In this document: positions 37,405 through 50,260 of the stretch, piece by piece | Position numbering within the stretch: position 1 is the first letter of the stretch | How the letters are laid out: each line of letters starts with the position of its first letter | From: Takakia lepidozioides | Taxonomy: Eukaryota > Plantae > Bryophyta | DNA: 64,000 nucleotides | Direction of reading: 5' to 3' | Assembly (NCBI GenBank): GCA_030704615.1 | Contig: CM060734.1 | Span: 58,280,001 to 58,344,000, forward strand | Notes under the pieces: model-generated | The model's database searches: none | Told to the model about the DNA's origin: nothing | Seen by the model: only the letters and a program-made list of their open reading frames with translations | Program-made: the position numbers and the translations under genes

Positions 37405-39656
37405 ACCAGTTGTGATCTCCAACATTTCTTCTATCCAGATTATCTTTAGGTGTTGCTGTTGTCTATATGTCGGCCTGTTAATTGCATACTCTGTCGCAGA
37501 ACTGCTTCTTCTCAGCTGTGTATGTTGGGATTCATACTTCTCTGCTCCTTGACTTTGAGTGCACTATGCTTTCCGAGTTCATTTCATACCTCTCTTGACC
37601 TTATGTTCAACGAAAACATCCATTTTTCCATTTTTCTGAAGTTTTCTTGCAAACTGACTTTTGTTGAAACAATTTGTGTGGCAGGGTTACGCCATTGGAA
37701 CCCGAAGCCATCAGAAGGCAAAATAAACGGTGGAGAATAGAACTCATTTTATGCTAGGCTATTGTTTATTGTTATAGTACACACTTTTGTTGTAGACTTA
37801 TCGTATGATACTAATTCGGGTGGTCAGATAGCGCTCGTTGTAGGTCGACCTGAGTCTGAACCCAAGTTATTTTGAGGAGCCATGCAGTCTCCGCTGCTCT
37901 CTCTCTCTCTCTCTCTCTCTCTTTTCCTTCTTCCTCGTCCCATAAGCTTTTTGAGCTTCCAGAACATGCAAACCGTGATATCTGCTCCAGATGTAGGTAG
38001 GTGCTTCAAGGTGTAATGAGTTTAGAGTTTAGACTGTTGAAGGAAAAACATTTGGGTGAGGTGGGGTATTTTTTTCTGGCTTTGAGAATGTGAGTGCAAT
38101 GTTTGGTTTCTGCAGCTTCAATTGTCAATGGACAGGTGAACGCCCTTGCTCCAGCTCTTTACCCTACACAAATCAAACCCAGCTTGCAAGGTTCACCTTT
38201 ACTCACTACTTCTACATAGAGTCTTTTGCACAAAACAAAACATTGCAACAAAAACCAAAGCCTGAGTGGGTGTGCAGTTGCAGAGGATGGGACGCAACCT
38301 TGAGATAGAATGAGTTCACACAAGATCTGCACTGGGCAGATTATGGTCACCAGAAAAAGTAGCATATTCAGTGTGATGCATCCTGGCATAATTGAATCAG
38401 TTCTCCTTGCGAAAATCTGTGACTATCAGTAGCCATTAATTCTCACTCATTGACCCGAAGACAAGGTATCACACGTTGTTCTAGGTTGGGCACCTCTAAC
38501 ATCACTTCCACTGAGCGGAACTCTCGGGATCATGGCCAACCTAGAAGGTCAAGAAGTTGAGCCTCAGACAGGTGGTTCCATCGATACATCTCAGGCCGAG
38601 TGTTTCACATGTTGAAATTCACTGTCCATGTTTAGCTGTGGGGAGAAAAGAGAAGATGAAATTTCAACCAAAAGCATCGATGAACACCTGCAAGCAGAGC
38701 TCTCTAATCTTCGTGGCCTGCAATGCTGCCCAGTAGTGGAATCCACCTAAGTAGAGCAAGGCACACACACTGAAGTCAGTGCTTACCAGGGCCTCTGTCC
38801 CTTGTTTTAAATAAAATAAAACTCTCTAATCTAGCTCTCAAATCTTCATGGCCTACAGGGTTCTTCAACCTCAAATAGTCAAGAGCTAAACGTAAGTCAT
38901 CTTACCATGTCAAGGTGAATGTCACCCTCGGTTTATGCAAAGCCATCCGACAGTGGGAGCCTAGTACACTTTGAACTCGAATTTGAGTAATAGGCAATGT
39001 TCAAATGGAGATAGCCATAGCCCCATCCAAGGTAGAAGTATGAACCCCACAACCTGCTGGCCTCATTACAATCCAGACCAAGCCAGAAAGCAGACAAAGG
39101 TAGTCGACACATCACAATCCTACAATGAAGGAATGAAACAAAGAAGTATACAGAACCCAACAAGCTCTTTTCCAGTACAACATTTTCCTGACAAGGGATG
39201 CCTCCTAGTCGAACTTTCAAGCAGCCACCATGGGATTGGATCTTGGTGGGTTAAGGCTAGCTTTTCACAATATTCATGCAAGTTCGTCAAGGGCCCATCC
39301 AAAGCCACACCACAAGAAACAAACAAACATGTCCAAATTTTGTGCACAGGGCTGCCCCTCTATTCAAGCTCTTAAAATTCGTATTCACTTCCATCTTCAA
39401 GCTTTGGAGAAGCTCCACCACCCAAACCCAGAATTAGGACAGCACTCTGATTCCTATCCACTGTCACCAAAGTCAGTCCAATATCACCCCTTCAGTCAAG
39501 TGCAATTATGGGCTGACTTCCCACCTATGCCTGGTAGACCCCACTATCATTTCCCACAGCAGATGCACTCAACAGTACATCATGGTCAATACTCTCAGGA
39601 AATGGTAGATCAATGAATGAAGCAAGACACTCGCATCTTTCCAAGAAAACATCCTT

Positions 39657-42600
39657 TCACCAGTAATCCCCACGAGAACAAATCCCATCTTCAAAGTGGT
39701 GAAACTGGTTAGCGTCCCGTACAACAATTGCTCGGCCAACAATCTTTGAGATGAATTTGGTGGAGGCGTGGCAGTCACCACACACTCGAAGATTCTTGAT
39801 GAGACGGAGAGGTGTCCTAGGGGTCATGCTGATTAGCCCAAAACCAATGGCCAGCTTCTCACTGTGGTGGCAAAGAGAAAATTCCTTTTCCTCCTCCCCC
39901 ATATCATGCAATACAAAGCGCGTGTCAGGCACATACCCCGCCTCCTTCACCTGCCCAGACAATCTTCTCAGCTCAGAATGGATTTCCTTAATTCTGGGAT
40001 GCAACTTGTCATCTGCAACGAAGGCGTGCACCCTGTTGCCAACCTCAATGCAGCAGCGACCTGGCTCCTTTCTAACCCCTCTGACCTTCATCATTCTTCT
40101 CACCTTTGCAGTATCATCCCACCTGCCAGCTGCAGCATAGATGTTTGAGAGCAACACATAAGTCGCCGCATCCTGTTCATCCAACGTGAGGATAGATGTT
40201 GCCGCACGTTCAGCTATCTCCACATTGCCATGGATTCTGCAGGCACCAAGCAAGGCCGTCCACACCACAGCATCTGGATTGATTGCCATTCTATTAATCA
40301 GGTCCACTGTCTCATCCAGTTGTCCCGCACGTCCAAGAAGATCCACCATGCAGCCAAAGTGCTTTACCATCAGAGTGACACCATGATCTTGACTCAGGGA
40401 ATCAAAGTAGCGTCTTCCTTCAATCAGTAGGCCAGCATGGCTGCATGCAGAGAGAACAGATATAAAGGTGATACTGTCCGGCTTCAAGCCGTTCTTTTGC
40501 ATTCCTTCAAATAGTTGCATGACCTCCCTATGACAACCATGCTGTGCATATCCTGCATCATCGCGTTCCACGACACCACATTTCGTTCAGCCATATTGTC
40601 GAACACATTTGGCATACATGTCCACGAGGGTATTGTTCAGAATCATCTGGTACAATTCCAGCTTTGGCGATGCAACCATGCACCTCTTTGCCCTTTTCCA
40701 GGGCTGCCAGGCTTGCACACGCACTGCAAATGCACACAAACGTGATGTGGTCGGGCTTCACCCCTTCCACAATCATTTGCTCATAGGTCTCCAAAGCCTC
40801 CATCCCGTGCCCCTGCTGTGCATATCCTGTGATCATCGCGTTCCACGACACCACATTTTGTTCAGCCATATTGTCAAACACTCCCTTTGCATCCTCGATG
40901 CACCCACATTTGGCATACATGTCCACGAGGGTATTGTTCAGAATCACACCTGGTACGATTCCAGCTTTGGCGATGCAACCATGCACCTTTTTGCACTTTT
41001 CCAGGGCTGCCAGGCTTGCACACGCACTGCAAACGCACACAAACATGATGTGGTCGGGTTTCACCCGTTCCCCCATCATTTGCTCATAGGTCTCCAAAGC
41101 CTCCATCCTGCCCCCCTGCTGTGCATACCCTGCGATCATCGCACACCACGACACCACATCTCGTTCAGCCATATTGTCGAACACTCCCTTTGCATCCTCG
41201 ATGCACCCACATTTGGCACGAGGGTATTGTTCAGGATGACATTTGGTACAATTCCAGCTTTGGCGATGTCGCCATGGACCTCTTTGCCCTTTTCCAGGGC
41301 TGCCAGGCTTGCACACGCACTGCAAACGCACACAAACGTGATGTGGTCGGGCTTCACCCCTTCCACAATCATTTGCTCATAGGTCTCCAAAGCCTCCATC
41401 CTGCCCCCCTGCTGTGCACACCCTGCGATCATCACGTTCCACACCACATTTTGTTCAGCCATATTGTTGAGCACGACCTTCGCATCCTCCATGCTCCCAC
41501 ATTTGGCATACATGTCCACCAGGGCAGTGTTCAGGATGACATTTGGTACAATTGCAGCTTTGGCGATGCAACCATGCACCTCTTTGCCCTTTTCCAGGGC
41601 TGCCAGGCTTGGACAAGCATTGCAAACGCACACAAACGTGATGTGGTTGGGCTTCGCACATCATTTGCTCATACGCCACCAAAGCCTCCATCCCGCACCC
41701 CTGCTGTGCATATCCTGCAATCATCGCACTCCATGACACTACATCTCGTTCAGCCATAGTGTCAAACACTCCCTTTGCATCCTCGATGCTCCCACATTTG
41801 GCATACATGTCCACCAGGGCAGTGTTCAGAATGAAATTTGGTACAATTCCAGCTTTGGCGATGTCGCCATGGACCTCTTTGCCCTTTTCCAGGGCTGCCA
41901 GGCTTGCACACGCACACAAACGTGATGTGGTTGGGCTTCACCCCTTCCCCCATCATTTGCTCATACGTCTCGAAAGCCTCCATCCCGCGCCCCTGCTGTG
42001 CATATCCTGCAATCATCGCACTCCACGACACCACATTTCAATCAGCTATATTGTTGAACACTTCCTTTGCATCCTCGATGCACCCACATTTGGCATACAT
42101 ATCCACGAAGGTATTGTTCAGAATCACATCTGGTACAATTCCAGCTTTGACGATGTCACCATGGACCTCTTTCCCGTTTTCCAGGGCTCCCAGGCTTGCA
42201 CACGCATTGCAAACACAAACAAACATGATGTGGTTGGGCTTCACCCATTCGCGCAACATTTGCTCATAGGTCTCCAAAGCACTCCTACCACACCCATGCT
42301 TGGTAAATCCTGCCAACATTATATTCCACGTGATCAAAGATCGTTGAGGCATTCTGTTGAACACTTGGTGAGCATCCATGATGCTCCCGCACTTAACATA
42401 CATGTTGACAAGGGTGTTGAGTAGAAAAACATTTGGCTTGAATCCACTTTGGATAATGTGAGTGTGCACCTGCTTTCCAGCTTCCAGGCCTTTCATCTTG
42501 ATGCACTTATGCAAGAGACAGACATACGTATCCGAATCTGCTGAAATGCCTCCTTGGTTTAAAGTCTGTAGAGCCTCTTTCAGTCTGCCTGCCTCACAAA

Positions 42601-44150
42601 GCATCTTCACATGGCCAGAAGTCCCAGAAGAGGCATTGTGGACTCCCTCTCTTGATCCTCTTCCAGAAGCTGTGGTCATGGTTGAGGTGCCTGATTTTAT
42701 CAACTGTGCCGCTGTAGCTGCAGCCGTTAGTTGACAATCTACCCATGCAGGTTTCTTGTAGCTATTGATCCACAGGGAATCATAGGTAATCTTGTGGGTG
42801 AAATCCGGCCCTCTTGGATGAATCTGGACCCACACTCTACCCCTGCTCCTTCAGCTATCCATGCCTTTGCACAAATCATGCATTCATCCTTGCCTTGCTG
42901 CTAGCAGCTGACAATGACAGCCTAGATTTGTTCTAGGAAGCACCCAACTCAGCTTATCACACTAGTTCCTATGCTGAATTGTGTCTGCTACTCACTGTAG
43001 TCTAACAGGCATTAACCTTGTGGCCTCGGTTGTCCCACCATTGACTGGGGTCGGAAAGTATTCATTCCACAGCTTCTCCTCGTCTCTGTTACCTGTTTCT
43101 GGATACGTTCCTGTTGTCACATTGGCAGTATCATGTCAAAGTCACTCCAGACTATCAAAGGTTCACTCAACCAACCAACTAACTGGGGTGTTTGCTGGAA
43201 GAATTCTAGGCTGTCATTGTCAGTTGCTAGCAGCAAGGCAAGGATGTATGCATGATTTGTGCAGAGGCATGGGTGTGGGTCCAGATTCATCCAAGAGGGC
43301 GGATTTCAAGCTCCAGGTTACCTCCCTTTGGAAGGATAGCTACAAGGAACCTGCATGGGTAGATGGTCAACTGGAAGCCGCAGCAGCAGCGGCACAATTG
43401 ATAAAATCAGGAACTACTAATGAAGGCACCTTCTTCAACACATTTTCACCCTGTTTTTCCCTCTTAACAGAATCGGCCCTAAACTTCCAAGTTGAATTCT
43501 GTGGCATCCACCTTTTTGTCTCCATTGTCCCACCATTGACTGGGGTCGGAAAAGTTACATTCCAAAGCTTCTCCTCATCTCTGTTATCTGTTTTTGGATA
43601 CTTTCCTGCTGCCACATCGGCAGTAACTGGTCAAAGTCACTCCAAACCACCACAGATCCACCCAACGAGCTAACTTACAGAATTCAATATGCAAATTCAG
43701 GGCCGAGTATGATGAGAGGGAAAAACAGGCTGAAATAGGTCGAAGAAGAAGGTGCCCTCACCACATTGTCCTTGACCTTGTGTCATGACCCATGGAGGAT
43801 TTGACCGACCATCAACCCAAAAGGAACTCTTGTGTGTGCTGCTTGTGTCTGTAGTCAGGTAATGTCGGATTGGTCTGTGAGAACCACCACGGTGCAGCTG
43901 AGCTGGCAGAGATTGAAACACGGCCTGCTAAGACCAACTGACTCTCCCAAGAACCTTGTAAACATCATGAAGAAAACCAAATCATGGTACATTAAGGAAA
44001 AGCCACACCTTGGGATTGCGGTTGTCCCACCATCGTGAAGGATGTTAAAAAAACTCATGCCAGCTCTGCTCCGTGCTCCAAGGTAGAGGTTTGTGCTCGA
44101 AATCCGAATTTGGACAAGGTCCTTTACTGAGGGGTGCTAGGGAGCTTTCA
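39657..44150 (-). pseudogene. Frameshifted PDF-PLS-E-DYW PPR copy
   Basis: PLS array broken into ORFs 42038-42835, 41762-42034, 41455-41919, 41136-41633 and 40558-41331. The E-DYW part 39657-40571 is open (HSEKLA, CGDCH) but ends CSRGDYW. Confidence 0.92.
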
Positions 44151-44785
44151 ATAACGTTCATTTTGGGCTCCATTGGGCTCTACACGATGAGGAACAACGA
44201 ACATGTCCAGACTTACACAGATGTAACCCAGCTTATGTTTGCAGTCTGGAGATTGTAGAGTGGTCTCTAAAAACGACCAGGGAGGAATGCGCTGAGTAGC
44301 CAGAGTCTTTTACCCTGGGTCTTGGCATTTAAGTTTTTCCTACGTTCCAAATATGTACCCCAAGTCGTTCAAAAAATAAAATCAGCCAAAGCCGGTGGAC
44401 ATCAACAGGGTTGTCCAAAAGGTGGCTGTTGCATGCGGACCCACATGGCTATTGCATGGGAAAGTGGCAACCGCATGTGGGGCCCATTTGGCGGCTGTAT
44501 GCAAGCGCTAACCGCTAGGAGCCATCAGAAGGGCACGACGAACCGGTGGTCGATGTAGGGCCCCTGACCACTGCCACATTGGAAGAGCACAGTCATATCT
44601 TTGTTGAAAGTTCGGTAAAAGCACACGTTTTTTAGCAGAGTTTGGAGTTCTTTTGTTCCGCATCGTGTAGAGCCCAAAACAGCTTGCATGAATGTTGTTG
44701 AAAGCTCACTAGCACCCCTCAGTAAAGGACCTTGTGTTGATGCTGTCGGATTTTCGAGCACAGACCTCTACCTTGGAGCACGGAG

Positions 44786-46870
44786 CAGAGCTGGCATGAG
44801 TTTTTTAAACATCCTTCACGATGGTGGGACAACCGCAATCGCAAGGTGTGGCTTTTCCTTAATGTACCATGTGAAGAAGTCTGTCCATCCTGCACATGTG
44901 GGCTCTTGGCTCCTGTTAGTACCATGATTTGGTATTCTTCCTGATGTTTACAAGGTTCTTGGGAGAGTCAGCTTGGTCTTAGCAGGCCGTGTTTCAATCT
45001 CTGCCAGCTCAGCTGCACCGTGGTGGTTCTCACAGACCAATCCGACATTACCTGACTACAGACACAAGCAGCACACACAAGAGTTCCTTTTGGGTTGATG
45101 GTCGGTCAAATCCTCCATGGGTCATGACACAAGGTCAAGGACAATGTGGTGAGGGCACCTTCTTCTTCGACCTATTTCAGCCTGTTTTTCCCTCTCATCA
45201 GACTCGGCCCTGAATTACCATATTGAATTCTGTAAGTTAGCTCGTTGGGTGGATCTGTGGTGGTTTGGAGTGACTTTGACAAGTTACTGCCGATGTGGCA
45301 GCAGGAAACAGAGATGAGGAGAAGCTTTGGAATGAACACTTTTCCGACCCCAGTCAATGGTGGGACAATGGAGACAAAAAGGTGAATGCCTGTTGGAAGC
45401 AGTTGCAAGTCAGCATAGGAACTAGTGTGATAAGTATGGTTGGGGTGTTTGCTGGGAGAATTCTAGGCTGCCATTGTCAGTTGCTAGCAGCAAGGCAAGG
45501 ATGTATGCATGATTTGTGCAGAGGCATGGATAGCTGAAGGAGCAGGGATAGAGTGTGGGTCCAGATTCATCGAAGAGGGCCGGACTTCAAGCTCCAGGTT
45601 ACCTACGATTCCCTGTGGAAGGATAGCTACAAGAAACCTGCATGGGTAGATGGTGAACTGGAAGCCGCAGCAGCAGCGGCCCAATTGATAAAATCAGGCA
45701 CTGCTAATGAAGGCACCTTCTTCAACACATTTTCACCCTGTTTTTCCCTCTTATCAGAACCGGCCCTAAATTTCCATGTTGAATTCTGCAAGTTAGCTGG
45801 TTGAGTGAATCTAGTTTGGAGTGACTTTGACATGATACCGCCAGTGTGACAACAGGAAAGTATCAAAAAACAGGTAACAGAGATGAGGAGAAGCTATGGA
45901 ATGAATACTTTTCTGTCCCCAGTCAATGGTGGGACAACCAAGGCCAAAAGGTGAATGCCTGTTAGATTACAGAGAGTAGCAGATGCAATTCAGCATAGGA
46001 ACTAGTGTGATAAGCTGAGTCGGGTGTTTCCTAGAACAAATCTAGGCTGTCATTGTCGGCTGCTAGCAGCAAGGCAAGGATGTATGCATGATTTGTGCAG
46101 AGGCATGGATAGCTGAAGGAGCAGAGGTAGAGTGTGGGTCCAGATTCATCCAAGAGGGCCAGATTTCAAGCACAAGATTACCTATGATTCCCTGTGGAAG
46201 GATAGCTACAAGAAACCTGCATGGGTAGATGGTGAACTGGAAGCCGCAGCAGCAGCGGAACAATTGATAAAATCAGGCACTGCTAATGAAGGCACCTTCT
46301 TCAACACAGTTCACCCTGTTTTTCCCTCTTATCAGAGTCGGCCCTAAAATTTGATGTTGAATTCTGCAAATTAGCTGGTTGAGTGAACCTTTGATAGTTT
46401 GGAGTGACTTTGACATGATACTGCCAATGTGACAACAGGAAAGTATCCAGACACAGGTAACAGACACAAGGAGAAGCTGTGGAATGAATACTTTTCTGAC
46501 CCCAGTCGATGGTGGGACAATCGAGGCAAAAAGGTGAATGCCTGTTGGATTACAGAGAGTAGCAGATGCAATTGAGCATAGGAACTAGTGTGACAAGTTG
46601 AGTTGGGTGTTTCCTAGAAACAATCTAGGCTGCTGTCATCGTCAGCTGCTAGCAGCAAGGCAAGGATGTATGCATAATTTGTCCAGAGGCATGGATAGCT
46701 GAAGGAGCAGGGATAGAGTGTGGGTCCAGATTCATCCAAGAGGGCCAGATTTCAAGCACAAGATTACCTATGATTCCCTGTGGATCAATAGCTACGAGAA
46801 ACCTGCATGGGTAGATGGTCAACTAAAGGCAGCAGCTGCAGCGGCACAGTTGATAAAATCCGGCACCTCG
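44786..46870 (+). repeat. Tandem ~590 bp two-exon units, each encoding one OSB-type PDF motif (4 units)
   Basis: N-halves end at GT donors at ~44845, ~45381, ~45950 and 46533. C-halves start after AG at 45036, 45565, 46144 and 46730. Confidence 0.85.
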
Positions 46871-49800
46871 ACCATGACCACAGCTTCTGGAAGACGATCA
46901 AGAGAGGGAGTCCACAATGCCTCTTCTGGCACTTCTGGGCATGTGAAGATGCTTTGTGAGGCAGGCAGACTGAAAGAGGCTCTACAGACTTTAAACCAAG
47001 GAGGCATTTCAGCAGATTCAGATACGTATGTCTGTCTCTTGCATAAGTGCATCAAGATGAAAGGCCTAGAAGCTGGAAAGCAGGTGCACACTCACATTAT
47101 CCAAAGTGGATTCACGCCAAATGTTTTTCTACTCAACACCCTTGTCAACATGTATGTTAAGTGCGGGAGCATCATGGATGCTCACCAAGTGTTCAACAGA
47201 ATGCCTCAACGATCTTTGATCACGTGGAATATAATGTTGGCAGGATTTACCAAGCATGGGTGCGATAGGAATGCTTTGGAGACCTATGAGCAAATGATGC
47301 GCGAATGGGTGAAACCCAACCACATCACGTTTGTTTGTGTTTGCAATGCGTGTGCAAGCCTGGGAGCCCTGGAAAAGGGGAAAGAGGTCCATGGTGACAT
47401 CGTCAAAGCTGGAATTGTACCAGATGTGATTCTGAACAATACCCTCGTGGACATGTATGCCAAATGTGGGTGCATCAAGGATGCAAAGGAAGTGTTCAAC
47501 AATATGGCTGAACGAAATGTGGTGTCGTGGAACGCGATGATCGCAGGGTATGCACAGCAGGGGCACGGGATGGAGGCTTTGGAGACGTATGAGCAAATGA
47601 TGGGGGAAGGGGTGAAGCCCGACCACATCACGTTTGTGGGCGTTTGCAGGGCGTGTGCAAGCCTGGGAGCCCTGGGAAAGGGCAAAGAGGTGCATGGTTG
47701 CATCGCCAAAGCTGGAATCGTACCAGATGTGATTCTGAACAATACCCTCGTGGACATGTATGCCAAATGTGGGTGCATCAAGGATGCAAAGGGAGTGTTC
47801 GACAATATGGCTGAACGAGATGTGGTGTCGTGGAACGCGATGATCACAGGATATGCACAGCAGGGGCGCGGGATGGAGGCTTTGGAGACGTATGAGCAAA
47901 TGATGGGGGAAGGGGTGAAGCCCGACCATATCACGTTTGTGTGCATTTGCAGTGCGTGTGCAAGCCTGGCAGCCCTGGAAAAGGGCAAAGAGGTCCATGG
48001 CGACATCACCAAAGCTGGAATTGTACCAAATGTCATCCTGAACACTGCCCTGGTGGACATGTATGGCAAATGTGGGAGCATGGAGGATGCGAAGGGAGTG
48101 TTCGACAATATGGCTGAACGAAATGTGGTGTCGTGGAACGCAATGATCGCAGGATATGCACAGCAGGGGCGCGGGATGGAGGCTTTGGAGACGTATGAGC
48201 AAATGATGGGCGAAGGGGTGAAGCCCGACCATATCACGTTTGTGTGTGTTTGCAGTGCGTGTGCAAGCCTGGCAGCCCTGGAAAAGGGCAAAGAGGTGCA
48301 TGGTTGCATCGCCAAAGCTGGAATTGTACCAGATGTGATTCTGAACAATACCCTGGTGGACATGTATGCCAAATGTGGGTGCATCAAGGATGCGAAGGGA
48401 GTGTTCGACAATATGGCTGATCGAAATGTGGTGTCGTGGAATGTGATGATTGCAGGATATGCACAGCAGGGACGCGGAATGGAGGCTTTGGAGACCTATG
48501 AGCAAATGATGGGGGAAGGGGTGAAGCCCAACCACATCACGTTTGTGTGCGTTTGCAGTGCGTGTGCAAGCCTGGCAGCCCTGGAAAAGGGCAAAGAGGT
48601 GCATGGTTGCATCGTCAAAGCTGGAATTGTACCAGATGTGATTCTGAACAATACCCTCGTGGACATGTATGCCAAATGTGGGTGCATCGAGGATGCAAAG
48701 GAAGTGTTCAATAGTATGGCTGAACGAAATTTGGTGTCGTGGAACGCGATGATCGCAGGGTATGCACAGCAGGGGCGCGGGATGGAGGCTTTGGAGACCT
48801 ATGAGCAAATGATGGGGGAAGGGGTGAAGCCCAACCACATCACATTTGTGTGCGTTTGCAGTGCGTGTGCAAGCCTGGCAGCCCTGGAAAAGGGCAAGGA
48901 GGTGCATGGTTGCATCGCCAAAGCTGGAATTGTACCAGATGTGATTCTGGACAATACCCTTGTGGACATGTATGCCAAATGTGGGCGCATCGAGTATGCA
49001 AAGGGTGTGTTCGACAATATGACTGAACGAAATGTGGTGTCGTGGAACGCGTTGATCACAGGATATGCACAGCAAGGGCGTGGGATGGAGGCTTTGGAGA
49101 CCTATGAGCAAATGATGGGGGAAGGGGTGAAGCCCGACCACATCACGTTTGTGTGCATTTGCAGTGCATGTGCAAGCCTGGCAGCCCTGGAAAAGGGCGA
49201 AGCGGTCCATGGCGACATCGCCAAAGCTGGAATTGTACCAAATGTTATGCTGAACACTGCCCTGGTGGACATGTATGCCAAATGTGGGAGCATGGAGGAT
49301 GCGAAGGGAGTGTTCGACAATATGGCTGAACGAAATGTGGTGTCGTGGAACGCGATGATCGCAGGATATGCACAGCATGGTTGTCATAGGGAGGTCATGC
49401 AACTATTTGAAGGAATGCAAAAGAACGGCTTGAAGCCGGACAGTATCACCTTTATATCTGTTCTCTCTGCATGCAGCCACGCTGGCCTACTGAATGAAGG
49501 AAGACGCTACTTTGACTCCCTGAGTCAAGATCATGGTGTCACTCCGACAGTAAAGCACTTTGGCTGCATGGTGGACCTTCTTGGACGTGCGGGACAACTG
49601 GATGAGGCAGTGGACCTGATTAATAGAATGCCAATGAATCCAGATGCTGTGGTGTGGAAGGCCTTGCTTGGTGCCTGCAGAATCCATGGCAATGTGGAGA
49701 TGGCTGAACGTGCGGCAACATCTATCCTCACGTGGGATGAACAGGATGCCGCGACTTATGTGTTGCTCTCAAACATCTATGCTGCAGCTGGCAGGTGGGA

Positions 49801-50260
49801 TGATACTGCAAAGGTGAGAAGAATGATGAAGGTCAGAGGGGTTAGAAAGGAGCCAGGTCGCTGCTGCATTGAGGTTGGCAACAGGGTGCACACCTTCGTT
49901 GCAGATGACAAGTTGCATCCCAGAATTAAGGAAATCCATGCTGAGCTAAGAAGATTGTCTGGGCAGATGAAGGAGGCGGGGTATGTGCCTGACACGCGCT
50001 TTGTATTGCATGATGTGGGGGAGGTGGAAAAGGAATTTTCTCTTTGCCACCACAGTGAGAAGCTGGCCATTGGTTTTGGGCTGATCAGCACGACGCCTAG
50101 GACGCCTCTCCGTCTCATCAAGAATCTTCGAGTGTGTGGTGACTGCCACACCTCCACCAAATTCATCTCAAAGATTGTTGGCCGAGCAATTGTTGTACGG
50201 GACGCTAACCGGTTTCACCACTTTGAAGATGGGATTTGTTCTTGTGGGGATTACTGGTGA
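46439..50260 (+). CDS. PLS-E1-E2-DYW PPR RNA-editing factor (26 PPR motifs, intact DYW:PG deaminase) with N-terminal PDF motifs
   Basis: Uninterrupted ORF 46730-50260 with PG box KKEPG-like (RKEPG), HSEKLAI, CGDCH and terminal CSCGDYW. It joins upstream exon 46439-46533 through phase-0 intron 46534-46729. Further 5' exons probably reach ~44600; start codon unresolved. Confidence 0.93.

Noticed and set aside
38300-39550. Possible additional decayed DYW fragment (EYCEKLAL)
   Set aside because: Only one short motif, with no collinear PG box, CxxC or DYW end that I could confirm.
47129-49402. 757 aa and 375 aa antisense ORFs in the PPR gene
   Set aside because: Shadow frames of the near-identical 303 bp repeats; no independent protein signal.
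49770-50260. U-to-C (DYW:KP) type editing factor
   Set aside because: The domain has a PG box, HSEKLA and a DYW end, i.e. the ordinary C-to-U type.
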